A DNA stretch of 64,000 nt from positions 128,001 to 192,000 of the forward strand of contig JAWAHS010000001.1 of the NCBI GenBank assembly GCA_038889075.1, given 5' to 3'. The position numbers were made by a program, and so were the translations under genes. Origin of the DNA: Ignisphaera sp. (GTDB lineage: Archaea > Thermoproteota > Thermoprotei_A > Sulfolobales > Ignisphaeraceae). Shown one piece after another: positions 31,106-41,681 of this stretch. Positions within the stretch are counted from its first letter, which is position 1. The number at the start of each line of letters is the position of its first letter. The notes under the pieces were generated by a model. It made no database searches and was not told the origin of the DNA. It saw nothing but the letters and a program-made list of their open reading frames with translations.

Positions 31106-33061
31106 CTATCTCACACTTACACTTCCCAATACAATAGGTTCTATAGCTATTTTGACTGGCTGGATTCTTCTTCCAGCACCTTCAAGAAACTTTGATGATA
31201 TTTCAAAGAGGCATAGCCTTAATGAATGTACGAATGGTCCTATTGCAGAGACTGCTAAATTGAATAGATGAAGTATGAAGGACATCAGTATTCCAGCAAC
31301 CATTCCAACAATAATATTTGGCATTGTGAAAGCACCTGTTATAAAACCATTGAATATCTCTGCGAGCATCGCCGAACCCATGCCTATTCCAGCTATTCTT
31401 ATAAATGAAAAGACATCACCAATTATTCCGAGAACGTCAAATAGCCATAATAGCGCACCGAGACCGTGTAGGGAAATGATTTTACCTATAATGATGATTG
31501 CTATAGAGGCTAAACTTATCCACAGACTATATTCGTAGAAAATTGGTATTACAGGAATATTTGCTCTAAAGTAACTATATAGATATGGTCTTAAATACTG
31601 AGCACCAGCAATCATAATAAGCACTATACCTACTTCCGATAAGAATCCACCTCTATCCTTCAATCTAAAGTTCTTTAGGGCTGCAAATACATGTGATATT
31701 AATACAAATATATAGCCTATAGTTATGCTCAGACCCATCATAGACATTAGATCTGAGTAGTCCAAGATGCGCGGTATAGGTAGATGAGTACCTAGTAACG
31801 AACCTAGGAAGCTCTTAGATAAAATTCCCAAGATGATACAGCCTGCTGATGATATATAGAGAACTTGTTGAAGTCTTCTAAAGCCTAAGGCTTTTGGATT
31901 TTCAACAAATTTTGGTAGAACATACCTTGCTGCTAGGGCTAGACCTATACCATAACCAACATCAGCGAACATTAATGAGAAGAATAGAATGAATGAATAG
32001 GTGAGGAAGGGTGTCGGATCCCATTCGTTTGGCGATGGTATGCCATACATTTCGGTTATGATTTCAAACGGCTTGAATGGTTTAAGATTGTTAAAATCTA
32101 CAGGTGGGTTTGGATCTACCTCATACATAGTGTACACTGGCAGTCCCTGTAAGATTTTTATTGCACTATCTATTTTTGACTTTGGTATCCATCCTACTAG
32201 TGTTGTGAGATATTTTGAACTCAGTGTATTCTTCCATATCTCAATTTTCTTGTATTCGATATCTAGAAGTAGTTTAAGCATAGCAATTTCATTAATGTTT
32301 CTTTCTATAATATTCTCTATCCTAGATGTGACATTCGATATGTGTTGGCTTAAACTCTCTATTTCAATATTTAATCTATTTAAAACGGCATCTAACTTGG
32401 TAATACCGTATTTCTCTACTACATTAAATATCCTTACATCTTGGGGGAGAGCTCTAAATAGCTCTTCATACCCTTTTAATGGTAGTAGAGCAGATATAGC
32501 AGCATAATTATCACCTTCAGCTTCAGCTATAGTGAGTAGGGCCTTGCTACGTATGAGATTTACTGACTGTTTTGATGCAATAAAAGTCTCCACGGCATAG
32601 ATAGAACCTCTATAATGAAGTATTGATGTATCGGCATTTGGATACTTCTCTAAAATTTTCTCGATTAGTTGTTTGATTAATAGTAGTATTTCAATACTTC
32701 TCTTCATATTCAATACCTCATTATTAAGCACTTCTATATCTGATAGAATGGATGAAAGGTTTGCATATACTCGTTTAATGCCTTCTCTTATATCTGTAGG
32801 AATCTCAGTTATTTCAATGGTTATAGGTTGTTTAATATATGAGGAGATCTCATTATATAATAGTTTAGCCCGCTCAATGAACCCTATGTACTCTTTTATC
32901 TCTCTTAATTCCCTTTCCTTAGACTCTTGCTGTATTGGTTCAAAAACTCCTAATCTAAATAATTTCTCAGTTATTTCACTTATGTACTCAGTAGGTGTAA
33001 TTACATATACTTTGAAAGCTGTATCAGGATCACTTAGTATTAGAGATCTAAGACTGGACAT
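31106..33061 (-). CDS. atpI: A/V-type ATP synthase subunit I/a
   Basis: EWDPTP, MFADVGYG, DVFSFIRIAG, VHSLRLCLFE. Confidence 0.93.
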   Translation of the reverse strand: MSSLRSLILSDPDTAFKVYVITPTEYISEITEKLFRLGVFEPIQQESKERELREIKEYIGFIERAKLLYNEISSYIKQPITIEITEIPTDIREGIKRVYANLSSILSDIEVLNNEVLNMKRSIEILLLIKQLIEKILEKYPNADTSILHYRGSIYAVETFIASKQSVNLIRSKALLTIAEAEGDNYAAISALLPLKGYEELFRALPQDVRIFNVVEKYGITKLDAVLNRLNIEIESLSQHISNVTSRIENIIERNINEIAMLKLLLDIEYKKIEIWKNTLSSKYLTTLVGWIPKSKIDSAIKILQGLPVYTMYEVDPNPPVDFNNLKPFKPFEIITEMYGIPSPNEWDPTPFLTYSFILFFSLMFADVGYGIGLALAARYVLPKFVENPKALGFRRLQQVLYISSAGCIILGILSKSFLGSLLGTHLPIPRILDYSDLMSMMGLSITIGYIFVLISHVFAALKNFRLKDRGGFLSEVGIVLIMIAGAQYLRPYLYSYFRANIPVIPIFYEYSLWISLASIAIIIIGKIISLHGLGALLWLFDVLGIIGDVFSFIRIAGIGMGSAMLAEIFNGFITGAFTMPNIIVGMVAGILMSFILHLFNLAVSAIGPFVHSLRLCLFEISSKFLEGAGRRIQPVKIAIEPIVLGSVSVR

Positions 33062-33071
33062 GATTTACATC

Positions 33072-33389
33072 CTACTCAATCTCGATGCCTGCAACTATTG
33101 ATGCAATTCTTTTTGCAATATTCTGGACAGATTTTTGAGCTTTACTCCATAAGAGTTCAGCTTCTTTTTTTGCATTGAGTATTATCTCCTTAACGTCTCT
33201 CTCTATCTTTTCTTCATATTCTCTTCTCCATCTTTCTAAATCATTACGGTAGCTATCATCAGATAGTATCTCATGTGCTCTTCTCTTAGCATCATCGATG
33301 ATTTTCTGAACTTTCCTTTCAGCTTCATTGAGAATTTCCTCAGCCTCCTTCTCTATTTTAGAAATAATATTGTCCGACATTATTATCAC
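33072..33389 (-). CDS. atpH: A/V-type ATP synthase subunit H/G
   Basis: Highly charged coiled coil; first gene of the operon. Confidence 0.75.
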   Translation of the reverse strand: MIIMSDNIISKIEKEAEEILNEAERKVQKIIDDAKRRAHEILSDDSYRNDLERWRREYEEKIERDVKEIILNAKKEAELLWSKAQKSVQNIAKRIASIVAGIEIE

Positions 33390-33524
33390 TCTACCTCTAC
33401 AATAGACTATAAAGTAGCTTGATCTGAAATTTTAAACTTTTATAGAGTAAATTATTGCAGAAGAGTGATGATAATAAATAGGGAGTCTATATTAATGAGA
33501 ATAGCTGCATGGAAGTGATAGACT

Positions 33525-34424
33525 ATGTTAATAGGGATTTTAACCCAAAATCCTAATGGGTGGGCATCGTCTAGACTTATAAAAGCTATTGAACTGTTAG
33601 GACATAGAGCATTTCCATTTAGATTTAGAGATGTCGTTACCCATATTGATGATGGGCTATTCAAAGTAATTGTAAATGATCTGGATATAGTTAGGGAGAT
33701 CAATGCTATCATTGTGAGGCCTATTGGTAGATGTAGTCTTGAGTGGGCAATTTTTAGAATGGACTTGCTCTACGCCCTCCAAGACTACGGTTTAACAATA
33801 GTAAATAAACCACAGGCGATAGAGAGATGTGTAGATAAGTTTAGGGCACTATATCTCTTACAGCTTCGTGGGATTCCAGTACCGGAGACTATTGTGACAG
33901 AAAATGCTGCACTTGCACATGAATATTCAAAGCGTCTTAGGAATAGGGAAGTGGTTGTTAAGCCGATATTTGGATCTAGGGGTCACGGTTCTACAAAGAT
34001 AGTATTAAGCGATAGGGATGTTCTCTGGGAAGTGCTTCACGCAATGGCATTTACAAAGCATGTACTTTATGTCCAGAAGTTTTTACGCCATGGCGGCATG
34101 GATATAAGGGTCTTAGTTATAGGTGATAGAGTTATAGCATCTATGTATAGAGTTGCACCGAGAGGTATGTGGAAAACCAATGTAGCACAGGGAGCCCAAC
34201 CACTAGCCATAGAGAGGCTTAGCCCTGAAATTGAGGATATTGCAATAAGGTCAGCAAGAGCTGTAGAATGCGATGTAGCTGGGGTAGACATTGCTGTAGC
34301 TGATGGAAGGCCATATGTACTTGAGATTAATAGTCAGCCAGGGTGGAGAGGTCTTCAGAGCACTACTGAAAGGGATATCGCATTGGAAATAGTAAAGTAT
34401 GTTATAGAAAAAGCAAAAAAATAG
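33525..34424 (+). CDS. RimK-family ATP-grasp glutamate ligase (MptN/CofF/Orf5-like)
   Basis: DKF, VKPIFGSRG, DIRVLV, WKTNVAQG, LEINSQPG; converges on mch. Confidence 0.85.
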   Translation: MLIGILTQNPNGWASSRLIKAIELLGHRAFPFRFRDVVTHIDDGLFKVIVNDLDIVREINAIIVRPIGRCSLEWAIFRMDLLYALQDYGLTIVNKPQAIERCVDKFRALYLLQLRGIPVPETIVTENAALAHEYSKRLRNREVVVKPIFGSRGHGSTKIVLSDRDVLWEVLHAMAFTKHVLYVQKFLRHGGMDIRVLVIGDRVIASMYRVAPRGMWKTNVAQGAQPLAIERLSPEIEDIAIRSARAVECDVAGVDIAVADGRPYVLEINSQPGWRGLQSTTERDIALEIVKYVIEKAKK

Positions 34425-34425
34425 T

Positions 34426-35388
34426 TTAACCTAGACTTAAAGCTATAGAATTTTTAATAACACTAATGTTTATGTAACCGGCCTTGAACGTTCTACCAGA
34501 GCTGACATTATTTACAGTAACCATAGCAGGTGCAAATACATTTGGATCAACCTTATAGAGAATCTCCTCGCCAAACTGCTTTACGAGAACTACAAATGAT
34601 TTACCATAATCTCTAGAGGAAGAGCTGGGAGTTTTCTTCACATACTCCTCAAGTTTTGCATCATCTGGATAGCTAACTATATAGTACGTGGATCCTCCAT
34701 AGAGTAACATATCGTTTGTTCTACCCATCATTACTAAGGGATCTGGGTGGAGAGGTGCTATGGGACATACGCCAAATCCGTATCTAATACACTTTATATC
34801 GAATCCTATTGTGTTAAATTTAAATATGCCAGTCTCAACTATCCTTGCACTCACCTGCACACTACCAGCTATACTATTTGGTGCTACCACCATAATATAG
34901 ATATTTTTAGATTCAACACCGGTTTCATTACCGATATACTTTATTACATCTTCACTAGGCATTCTACTCGTCTCTAGGACAAGGGCAGCTTCATCAGACT
35001 GTTCTGTATAGCCTATACTTTCAAGGAGTTTCCTAGGCTTTTTAGCAAGCACTCTTGCAGGTCCACTACCATTAGCAAAGAAATCTCCTACCCTAATTCT
35101 CCAGCCAGCTAGCTGGGAAGCAATACACGATTCGATTGGATGGTCTGTCGATACAGCTACAGCAGGCAATACTATATCTTCAATAAGTAGGGGTGTTAGG
35201 GATACTGCGGCGAGTCCTCCAAGACAAACCTTGGAGACGACTATACCAGCATCTATACTGCCACTAGCCTTAACACCAGCATCAACTACTGTCGCACCTC
35301 CTATATTTAGGATCTCTACCTTAAGCTCGTCAGCCATATCAATACCCTTTTTAATTATGTCAACTGCAAGCTTATTCATAGGTTTCAC
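34426..35388 (-). CDS. mch: Methenyl-H4MPT cyclohydrolase
   Basis: SQLAGW, GSGPAR, VQVSARIVE, MGRTND, FAPA. Confidence 0.95.
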   Translation of the reverse strand: MKPMNKLAVDIIKKGIDMADELKVEILNIGGATVVDAGVKASGSIDAGIVVSKVCLGGLAAVSLTPLLIEDIVLPAVAVSTDHPIESCIASQLAGWRIRVGDFFANGSGPARVLAKKPRKLLESIGYTEQSDEAALVLETSRMPSEDVIKYIGNETGVESKNIYIMVVAPNSIAGSVQVSARIVETGIFKFNTIGFDIKCIRYGFGVCPIAPLHPDPLVMMGRTNDMLLYGGSTYYIVSYPDDAKLEEYVKKTPSSSSRDYGKSFVVLVKQFGEEILYKVDPNVFAPAMVTVNNVSSGRTFKAGYINISVIKNSIALSLG

Positions 35389-36266
35389 GGTATTCTCACC
35401 TCTTCAATAAGTTGTAGTAGGGGCTGTAGAATAGCTTTATTCTCTTCTAGTGATACTGCGAGAGTTCCCCTTCCAGAGGCAAGGGCATCTCCTATAAATA
35501 TGGCAAAAGGCTTCTTAAATACTCTTCCCCTTGCCCTAACCTCACCTACTATAGAGTCTATATAGAAGCTAGGTAGTATTCCTCCAATACCACCAACTAT
35601 AATTATTCTACCACCGGACATTCTTGCACCAACAAAATCGCCACAGTTTCCCTGTACAATGATTAACCCCCCAGTCATATATCCCCCAACCATATTACCA
35701 GCACTCTTTTCAACTATTATTGTACCGCCAGCCATACCCAACCCAATATACGATCCTGCATTACCATGGATTATTATCGCACCATCCTTCATACCCTTTC
35801 CAGGCTTTTCACCAGGGAGCTTTGCTCCTATAAAGTTTCCAGCATCGCCAAATACCTCTATCGAGCCGCCTTTCATCTTAGCGCCCAGCCAGTTTCCAGC
35901 AGATCCCTTGATCACTATATTGCCTTTAGACATTTTATAGCCAGTTAAGGGACCAGCGCTACCCTCAACGATAATCCTTCCACCATCCATTTTATAGCCG
36001 AGATATCTGATCTTGCTAGTACCATCACCTAGTACTATAATTTCTATGTTTTCAGGATTCGGTGGAAGCGTGGCTGGGCTCTCAACATCGAATAAATCTT
36101 CTAAAACGGTCTCTCTACCACCCTCTATTATCTTAATGTTCTTTACATCACTATTTCTTAGACTAGCTATTCGATCAGGTCTAAGTGCCCTTAAATCTAT
36201 TGGAACAGTAGGTCTAGCCTTTAGCCTTACATAAACGGATATCTTCTCCTGTGACATCCGAATCAC
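35385..36266 (-). CDS. fwdC: Formylmethanofuran dehydrogenase subunit C
   Basis: GxxMxxGxIxVxG beta-helix repeats; follows fwdA. Confidence 0.93.
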   Translation of the reverse strand: MIRMSQEKISVYVRLKARPTVPIDLRALRPDRIASLRNSDVKNIKIIEGGRETVLEDLFDVESPATLPPNPENIEIIVLGDGTSKIRYLGYKMDGGRIIVEGSAGPLTGYKMSKGNIVIKGSAGNWLGAKMKGGSIEVFGDAGNFIGAKLPGEKPGKGMKDGAIIIHGNAGSYIGLGMAGGTIIVEKSAGNMVGGYMTGGLIIVQGNCGDFVGARMSGGRIIIVGGIGGILPSFYIDSIVGEVRARGRVFKKPFAIFIGDALASGRGTLAVSLEENKAILQPLLQLIEEVRIP

Positions 36267-36267
36267 C

Positions 36268-37986
36268 CTATAGCTTAGGCTCCACTCTGATTTCCTTCAA
36301 TCTCTTAATCTCATGATCTCCAATCACAAAATTTTCAAGTGAGATTGTATAGTACTGTTTAAATCTATCCTTAAGATATGCCTCAAATTCCTTACGTATA
36401 TCCTCAGAGATAGCTATGTATGGATTGACGGAATACGTCTTACCATAAACAGACTGTACTATTTCCCCCTCCTTGACTACAATCTCACCATCTTTAATAA
36501 CACACCATGCTCTTTGAAATGCCTTTAGAATTTTCTCATATTCTCTACTAGGATCTATAACTCTGGGATCAATATCATATATTGCAACATCAGCATCGGC
36601 ACCTACACCGAGATGCCCCTTCATAGTTTCTAGCCCTAGGAGTTTGGCAGGTGCAGCTCTAGTAATGATGACCAGTTCATATAGTGTAATCTCTCTATCT
36701 ATAGATGGAAGTACACACCTTCGTAGAGCTCTTTGGTTTACCTCCTTTAGTGTTTCATCTCGATACTTTTTACTCATAGCCCACGCAAATATCTTTGGAT
36801 AATCCGTAAATACTCCAGCATTAGGGTGATCTGTTGTTATAAAGCTCCTCCAAGGATCTCTTGATAGTAGTAGAACCTCAAGACCTATTGCCCACTGTAT
36901 GGTATTTACATAACTCTTCTTACGGTATCTATATGGCACTATTCCTGAGGCTGCTTCATTCTCGATATCAGCATTTGCCCACTTCCACCTAGTTAAATGG
37001 TATAATATGAATTCAAAGGGAGCATCGGCTGTCATGGTAGTTGCTTCACCAAATGTTACCTGTCCAAGATCTAGTGTTACATAGGGATTTACATTAAGTT
37101 CATTGGCTATTGCTTCGCCACCGCTTTCCAACGTTGCCCACGAATCTCCTCCATATCCCGTAAATTGTACGTGTGTAATATGGATGCTATTTCTATTTCT
37201 TAGTGCAAAATTCCTTCCAAGTTTCATGGTATTTAGTGTTGTTATGTAGTTTCCTGGGAAGCCCAGTCTGTTGCAGTGTACATGTATTGTGTGAGGAAGA
37301 TTTAGAGATTCATTTGCTTCGCCAGCTAGCTGTACTATATCCTTAGGTGTTAGGTTGTACCCGGGAACCTGGTCGTCTAGGTCCAAACCTACTTTACCCA
37401 TCATCCAAGCAGCATCGCTTCCTGGGTCAACAAGCTTTAGAGCATAGGCTTTTGTCGCATATAAAAGCCATGCTAGATAAGTCTTCAATAAATCTTTTCT
37501 ATTCTCAGCCATAAGATCTAGAGCAAGCCAATTGGAATCAACGAGTACAAAGACCATTTTATCGATAATTGGTATCGCATTAAGTTCGTCATGGGCATGC
37601 CTCATTTTTAGGGGTGCACATGCAGGTTCAGCAACAAGTGTATAGCCCATCATAGCATATTTATACCCTATAGCAAAGACATTGGGTACAGTTCTGCCCG
37701 TCATGGCTCTTCTGAACGGTAGCTTACTTGGAATATTAGTTAGATAGTGGTCTTCAGGTCTCATAAGTCTTCCAGTATTGACCTTGGGTCCGGCTATATG
37801 GGAGTGTATATCTATTCCTCCAGCTAGAACTAATCTTCCACCAGCGTCTATTACCATAGCTTCAGATTCTCTTATTCTACCTGGATCGACTATCCTACCA
37901 TCTCTAATACCAATATCCATCAGCTCTCCTTTAATATCGTTAAGAGGATCTATCACAAAACCATTTTTTATAATGATGTCCACCAT
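36268..37986 (-). CDS. fwdA: Formylmethanofuran dehydrogenase subunit A
   Basis: DIHSH, GRLMRPEDH, HVHCNRLG, HITHVQF, TMTADAP, TTDHPN. Confidence 0.96.
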   Translation of the reverse strand: MVDIIIKNGFVIDPLNDIKGELMDIGIRDGRIVDPGRIRESEAMVIDAGGRLVLAGGIDIHSHIAGPKVNTGRLMRPEDHYLTNIPSKLPFRRAMTGRTVPNVFAIGYKYAMMGYTLVAEPACAPLKMRHAHDELNAIPIIDKMVFVLVDSNWLALDLMAENRKDLLKTYLAWLLYATKAYALKLVDPGSDAAWMMGKVGLDLDDQVPGYNLTPKDIVQLAGEANESLNLPHTIHVHCNRLGFPGNYITTLNTMKLGRNFALRNRNSIHITHVQFTGYGGDSWATLESGGEAIANELNVNPYVTLDLGQVTFGEATTMTADAPFEFILYHLTRWKWANADIENEAASGIVPYRYRKKSYVNTIQWAIGLEVLLLSRDPWRSFITTDHPNAGVFTDYPKIFAWAMSKKYRDETLKEVNQRALRRCVLPSIDREITLYELVIITRAAPAKLLGLETMKGHLGVGADADVAIYDIDPRVIDPSREYEKILKAFQRAWCVIKDGEIVVKEGEIVQSVYGKTYSVNPYIAISEDIRKEFEAYLKDRFKQYYTISLENFVIGDHEIKRLKEIRVEPKL

Positions 37987-37987
37987 T

Positions 37988-39730
37988 TTAAGTCAACCTT
38001 TTTAACTTTTTAACTCTATTGATAAGTCTGGAAAGGATTTCCGTATCGCATAGTACGCCTTTTGGAGGGTCTACAAGTCGCTTAACTTTAAGTGGGACAT
38101 CATCTAACCTGTACACTGTTCCCTCACACTCTATACCGGTAACAGCAGATGGTATAAGGATGTCCGCAACACTAGCAGTTAATGACCAGAAAGGATCTAT
38201 AACTATCTTTGGGATCTTCATTAGATTCTCAACTGCTTTTTGTGGGAAGTGCGCCACGGGATCGCTGGCAATTATTAAAGCCGCATCTACATCTGAATTT
38301 ATGAGTAGATCTATAGTTGTTGTCACACCTGGAATCATCTTTGGAAATCCTCTTGAAAATTCTACACCATATGGATAACCTGTTAGCCAAAGCATTGCAT
38401 GATTTGAACCTGTAACATTGTAGTGACCACGCATTGGTAGAAGAGTCCACTTGGTCCACTCATTAAGTTCCTGTACAAGTCTTATAACCTCTTCAAGATT
38501 CTTGTACTTTGCACCTCCTTGTGTCAACCCCATGCCGAAGAATATAACACCGAATTTAGCTGTTTTCATAACCTCTACAAGTTTGTATACCTCCTCCCTT
38601 GGAACACCAGCTACCTTGGGACTCTCTATCTCATAGTCTCTTAGAGCCATTCTTAGGGCTGTGAATAGCTCGTAATCTTTACCGGGCTCTATTTGTATAA
38701 AGATATCGGCAAGTTTAGCTGTATCACTCCTTCTCACATCTATCACAATGATCTTTCTCTCCTTACGTCCCTTCACGAATTTTCCATCTGGAAGAACAAC
38801 ACGTCTAATGTGATTTATGTGTGCATTCATTGGATTACAGCCCCAGAACACTATGGTATCTGCTAGATTCATGGCCATACCCAATGTAATTCGAACTGTA
38901 CCCACCTCTTGAACCGCCAATACTGTTGGGCCATGACATAGCGTAGTAGTGTTATCAACAACACCACGGGTAATTTCAGCAAGCTCTACGGCAAGCTCTG
39001 TAGCTTCTACACATGTATTCGACAGACCATAGATTAAGGGATACTTGGCATTAGCTAAAATTTCAGCTGCTCTATCTATGGCGTACTCAAGATCGACCTC
39101 TATAAAATTTCCATTCTTTACAGTTCTAATCATGGGGGTTAGAACTCTGTGTTTATAATAGTTCATGAACTTTGCATGTCCTATTGGACAAGCATTTACG
39201 ACTCTAACAGTTTTTTCACCATCTAGCTCCACGCTAAGGAAATCACATACTTCACCACAGAATGTACATGGTACATCATGTACCACTTTTTTAATACCTG
39301 TTGTCAAGGATCTTTCTGTTATCTTGTAATTGATTTTCTCAGCTCCAAGGAATCTGAATATAGCATCGAGCGGAGTTGCCTCCTCTGATGTAGCCTCAAC
39401 ATATACATCAACGTTTTTTAATGATGGCATACCGGTTCCTTCGGTTATTGGTAACGTTAGCACATTTGCCCAAGGACCCATTGGAACGAAAACTATACCT
39501 GGGGGAACGTCATTATTTGGTTTCACATTAACTACTATACTTCCATATACACTTGTAATCTTTGCATTATTCTTTATACCCAGAGCTTCGATATCCTTAG
39601 GGTTCATCTCAGCTATAGCAACGGCCTTTCTATATCCTTCGCCAAACTTCCCCTCTATTTCCATGGAACGTCCTTGCTCTGTTGTACGGCCTGTTACTAG
39701 CTTAAACATCAGTGGCATTGTTGCAATCAC
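37988..39730 (-). CDS. fwdB: Formylmethanofuran dehydrogenase D-B fusion
   Basis: N-terminal FwdD (TGRTTEQG..PMGPWAN..GMPSLK) in frame with FwdB (CTFCGEVCD, LCHGP, WGCNP, MRGHYNV). Confidence 0.93.
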   Translation of the reverse strand: MIATMPLMFKLVTGRTTEQGRSMEIEGKFGEGYRKAVAIAEMNPKDIEALGIKNNAKITSVYGSIVVNVKPNNDVPPGIVFVPMGPWANVLTLPITEGTGMPSLKNVDVYVEATSEEATPLDAIFRFLGAEKINYKITERSLTTGIKKVVHDVPCTFCGEVCDFLSVELDGEKTVRVVNACPIGHAKFMNYYKHRVLTPMIRTVKNGNFIEVDLEYAIDRAAEILANAKYPLIYGLSNTCVEATELAVELAEITRGVVDNTTTLCHGPTVLAVQEVGTVRITLGMAMNLADTIVFWGCNPMNAHINHIRRVVLPDGKFVKGRKERKIIVIDVRRSDTAKLADIFIQIEPGKDYELFTALRMALRDYEIESPKVAGVPREEVYKLVEVMKTAKFGVIFFGMGLTQGGAKYKNLEEVIRLVQELNEWTKWTLLPMRGHYNVTGSNHAMLWLTGYPYGVEFSRGFPKMIPGVTTTIDLLINSDVDAALIIASDPVAHFPQKAVENLMKIPKIVIDPFWSLTASVADILIPSAVTGIECEGTVYRLDDVPLKVKRLVDPPKGVLCDTEILSRLINRVKKLKRLT

Positions 39731-39733
39731 ATT

Positions 39734-40600
39734 CTATTCCTTTTTAACAGGCTTTTCAGCCAACTTCTCTTTAAACAGAACCTCACCCTTTGTACTATGT
39801 GGTGTTCTTACAACCGTATCTCCATACTTCTCAATCTCCCTAGCCTCATCTGCTAAGAGGGCAGCATACCTCATCATTTCATGCGCAGCTGCTACTATCG
39901 GGATGTACCTATCCGCTTCCTTGACTCTGAAGCATCCCTCAGTAGTTAAATCAGCGACATGCCGAGCAATTTCATAGGCTGCCATAGCTTTGACCTTTGC
40001 ATACGGATTCCTAAACTCAGCGTATCGTACAGCAGTTTCCTTGTCGACTACAATTTTGGGTAGCTGTATGTTCGTAATACCTTTTTTAATCTGATCGATT
40101 ACATTGTCGATCTCCCGTTGGAGGAGTCTGTAAACGCCTGTTATGGCCAGAACACGTATCAAATCGCCGTTGAAGAGCGTCATTTCAACGGGATCTAGAA
40201 ATTCTCTCCTTGCCCCAATCATTGAATCAGCTAAAACTATTATATAGCCAAACCCCTTAGCTTCAAGGTCCTTTACAATTTTGGATGTCGGTGCATCAGA
40301 TACTACAATGACATGTTTACCTTTCTCCTTAAGGGTTTCTCTAGCTTTTGTAGGTCCGGGGGTTGTTGCATTAGGGCTTACAACTAAATATATGTCGCAA
40401 TCTTCCCTAAAGCCTTTTTCAGCGAGTTCTAAACCATACTTTTCGTCATACATCTTGGCCCCTGTTGTGACAACTCTAACCTCAATGTCCATCCTATCAG
40501 CTCTTTCATCAAGGATGTACTCTAGGAGAGGTGCTGAAGCGATGCAACCAAGTTTTAGAATACATACCTTTACTGTTTTAGTTACCTCGGATTGAGACAT
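39734..40600 (-). CDS. mtd: F420-dependent methylene-H4MPT dehydrogenase
   Basis: KLGCI, LDERADR, SPN, DSMIGARREFLDP, AAHEM, RTPH. Confidence 0.96.
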   Translation of the reverse strand: MSQSEVTKTVKVCILKLGCIASAPLLEYILDERADRMDIEVRVVTTGAKMYDEKYGLELAEKGFREDCDIYLVVSPNATTPGPTKARETLKEKGKHVIVVSDAPTSKIVKDLEAKGFGYIIVLADSMIGARREFLDPVEMTLFNGDLIRVLAITGVYRLLQREIDNVIDQIKKGITNIQLPKIVVDKETAVRYAEFRNPYAKVKAMAAYEIARHVADLTTEGCFRVKEADRYIPIVAAAHEMMRYAALLADEAREIEKYGDTVVRTPHSTKGEVLFKEKLAEKPVKKE

Positions 40601-40658
40601 ATACCTTCCCTAAGAACTATTTTGTACTAAAGTACTTAAATCTTAATGATATAACATG

Positions 40659-41594
40659 TTACTGAATTTGTATATCGATATTCTTGGTTACCTCAAGAGC
40701 CTCCCTTAGATATAGATGGTATGGCCCAAGCTTGCCACCATAATTACCCGCATCGATCTTTACCACACCAGGTACTGTTGAAGCAGCTCGTATTGCTACA
40801 CCCATTGCAAATAATACATCCTCCTTCTTTAATCCATTTATAACAATCTCGTACACTGAATTAACCTCCTGTGGTAACTTGGAATCTTTAACAGCTCCCT
40901 TTAGTGTAGGACAGTAGAGATGGTTTGTTGTTGCTCTAAGCTTAGGATACTTTAGCGAGCCAACCTTGGAACCCGATCTCACTATACCACCTGGAAATGG
41001 TGTTATAACTCTCCTAGCGTATCTCCTTATGGCTTTAACAGCCTTCTCAGCAGCCATCAGACCAGCTTCACTACTCTTAGCTAGAATAAGAATGTTCCCC
41101 CCTGCAACACCTTTGATTACACCAAAGGAGTCCTCAATTATGAATTCACCTTCCATAACTGGAATCCTCCACACTTTCCTACCATGTAGTTCATCCTCTT
41201 TTTCAAAACCATCTCCAAATTTTGCAAGTGCGGTGCCCACACCCATTCTCCTTTTAGCCCATGGCAAACCATCGAATGCTGCTGTGGTAGGGCATGTGAG
41301 TATGGTTTGGCCAATCCGTGAAATTGTAATCATTTTAAGATTTACAGGATCTGTATGATAGAATTGAATTGCTATACCAACCCGCTTATCAGGTGTAAGT
41401 CTAGGCGATAAAAGGCATTCAATACCGGTTTCCCCAGGACTAGCAATGACAGAGGTACCGAAGCCTGTTGCAACCCGTCCAGCTATTAGTGCCCATTTAC
41501 GGTTCTTAGCTGTTACAATAATTCTTGTAGCATACATTGGGAATGCTTCTGCAAAAGTATCCTCAATTGAAGTACTTCCAATATCACGATTCAC
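40659..41594 (-). CDS. ftr: Formylmethanofuran:H4MPT formyltransferase
   Basis: IEDTFAEAF, TCPTTA, GVAGGN, SGSKVGS, EIVING, GNYGGKLG. Confidence 0.96.
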   Translation of the reverse strand: MNRDIGSTSIEDTFAEAFPMYATRIIVTAKNRKWALIAGRVATGFGTSVIASPGETGIECLLSPRLTPDKRVGIAIQFYHTDPVNLKMITISRIGQTILTCPTTAAFDGLPWAKRRMGVGTALAKFGDGFEKEDELHGRKVWRIPVMEGEFIIEDSFGVIKGVAGGNILILAKSSEAGLMAAEKAVKAIRRYARRVITPFPGGIVRSGSKVGSLKYPKLRATTNHLYCPTLKGAVKDSKLPQEVNSVYEIVINGLKKEDVLFAMGVAIRAASTVPGVVKIDAGNYGGKLGPYHLYLREALEVTKNIDIQIQ

Positions 41595-41681
41595 ATTTCA
41601 TCCCCTAAGAAATAGACCATTATTACTTATAAATTTTTAGCTCACAAGTACGTGGTGATGGATATTAAGAGGAGCTCATGA

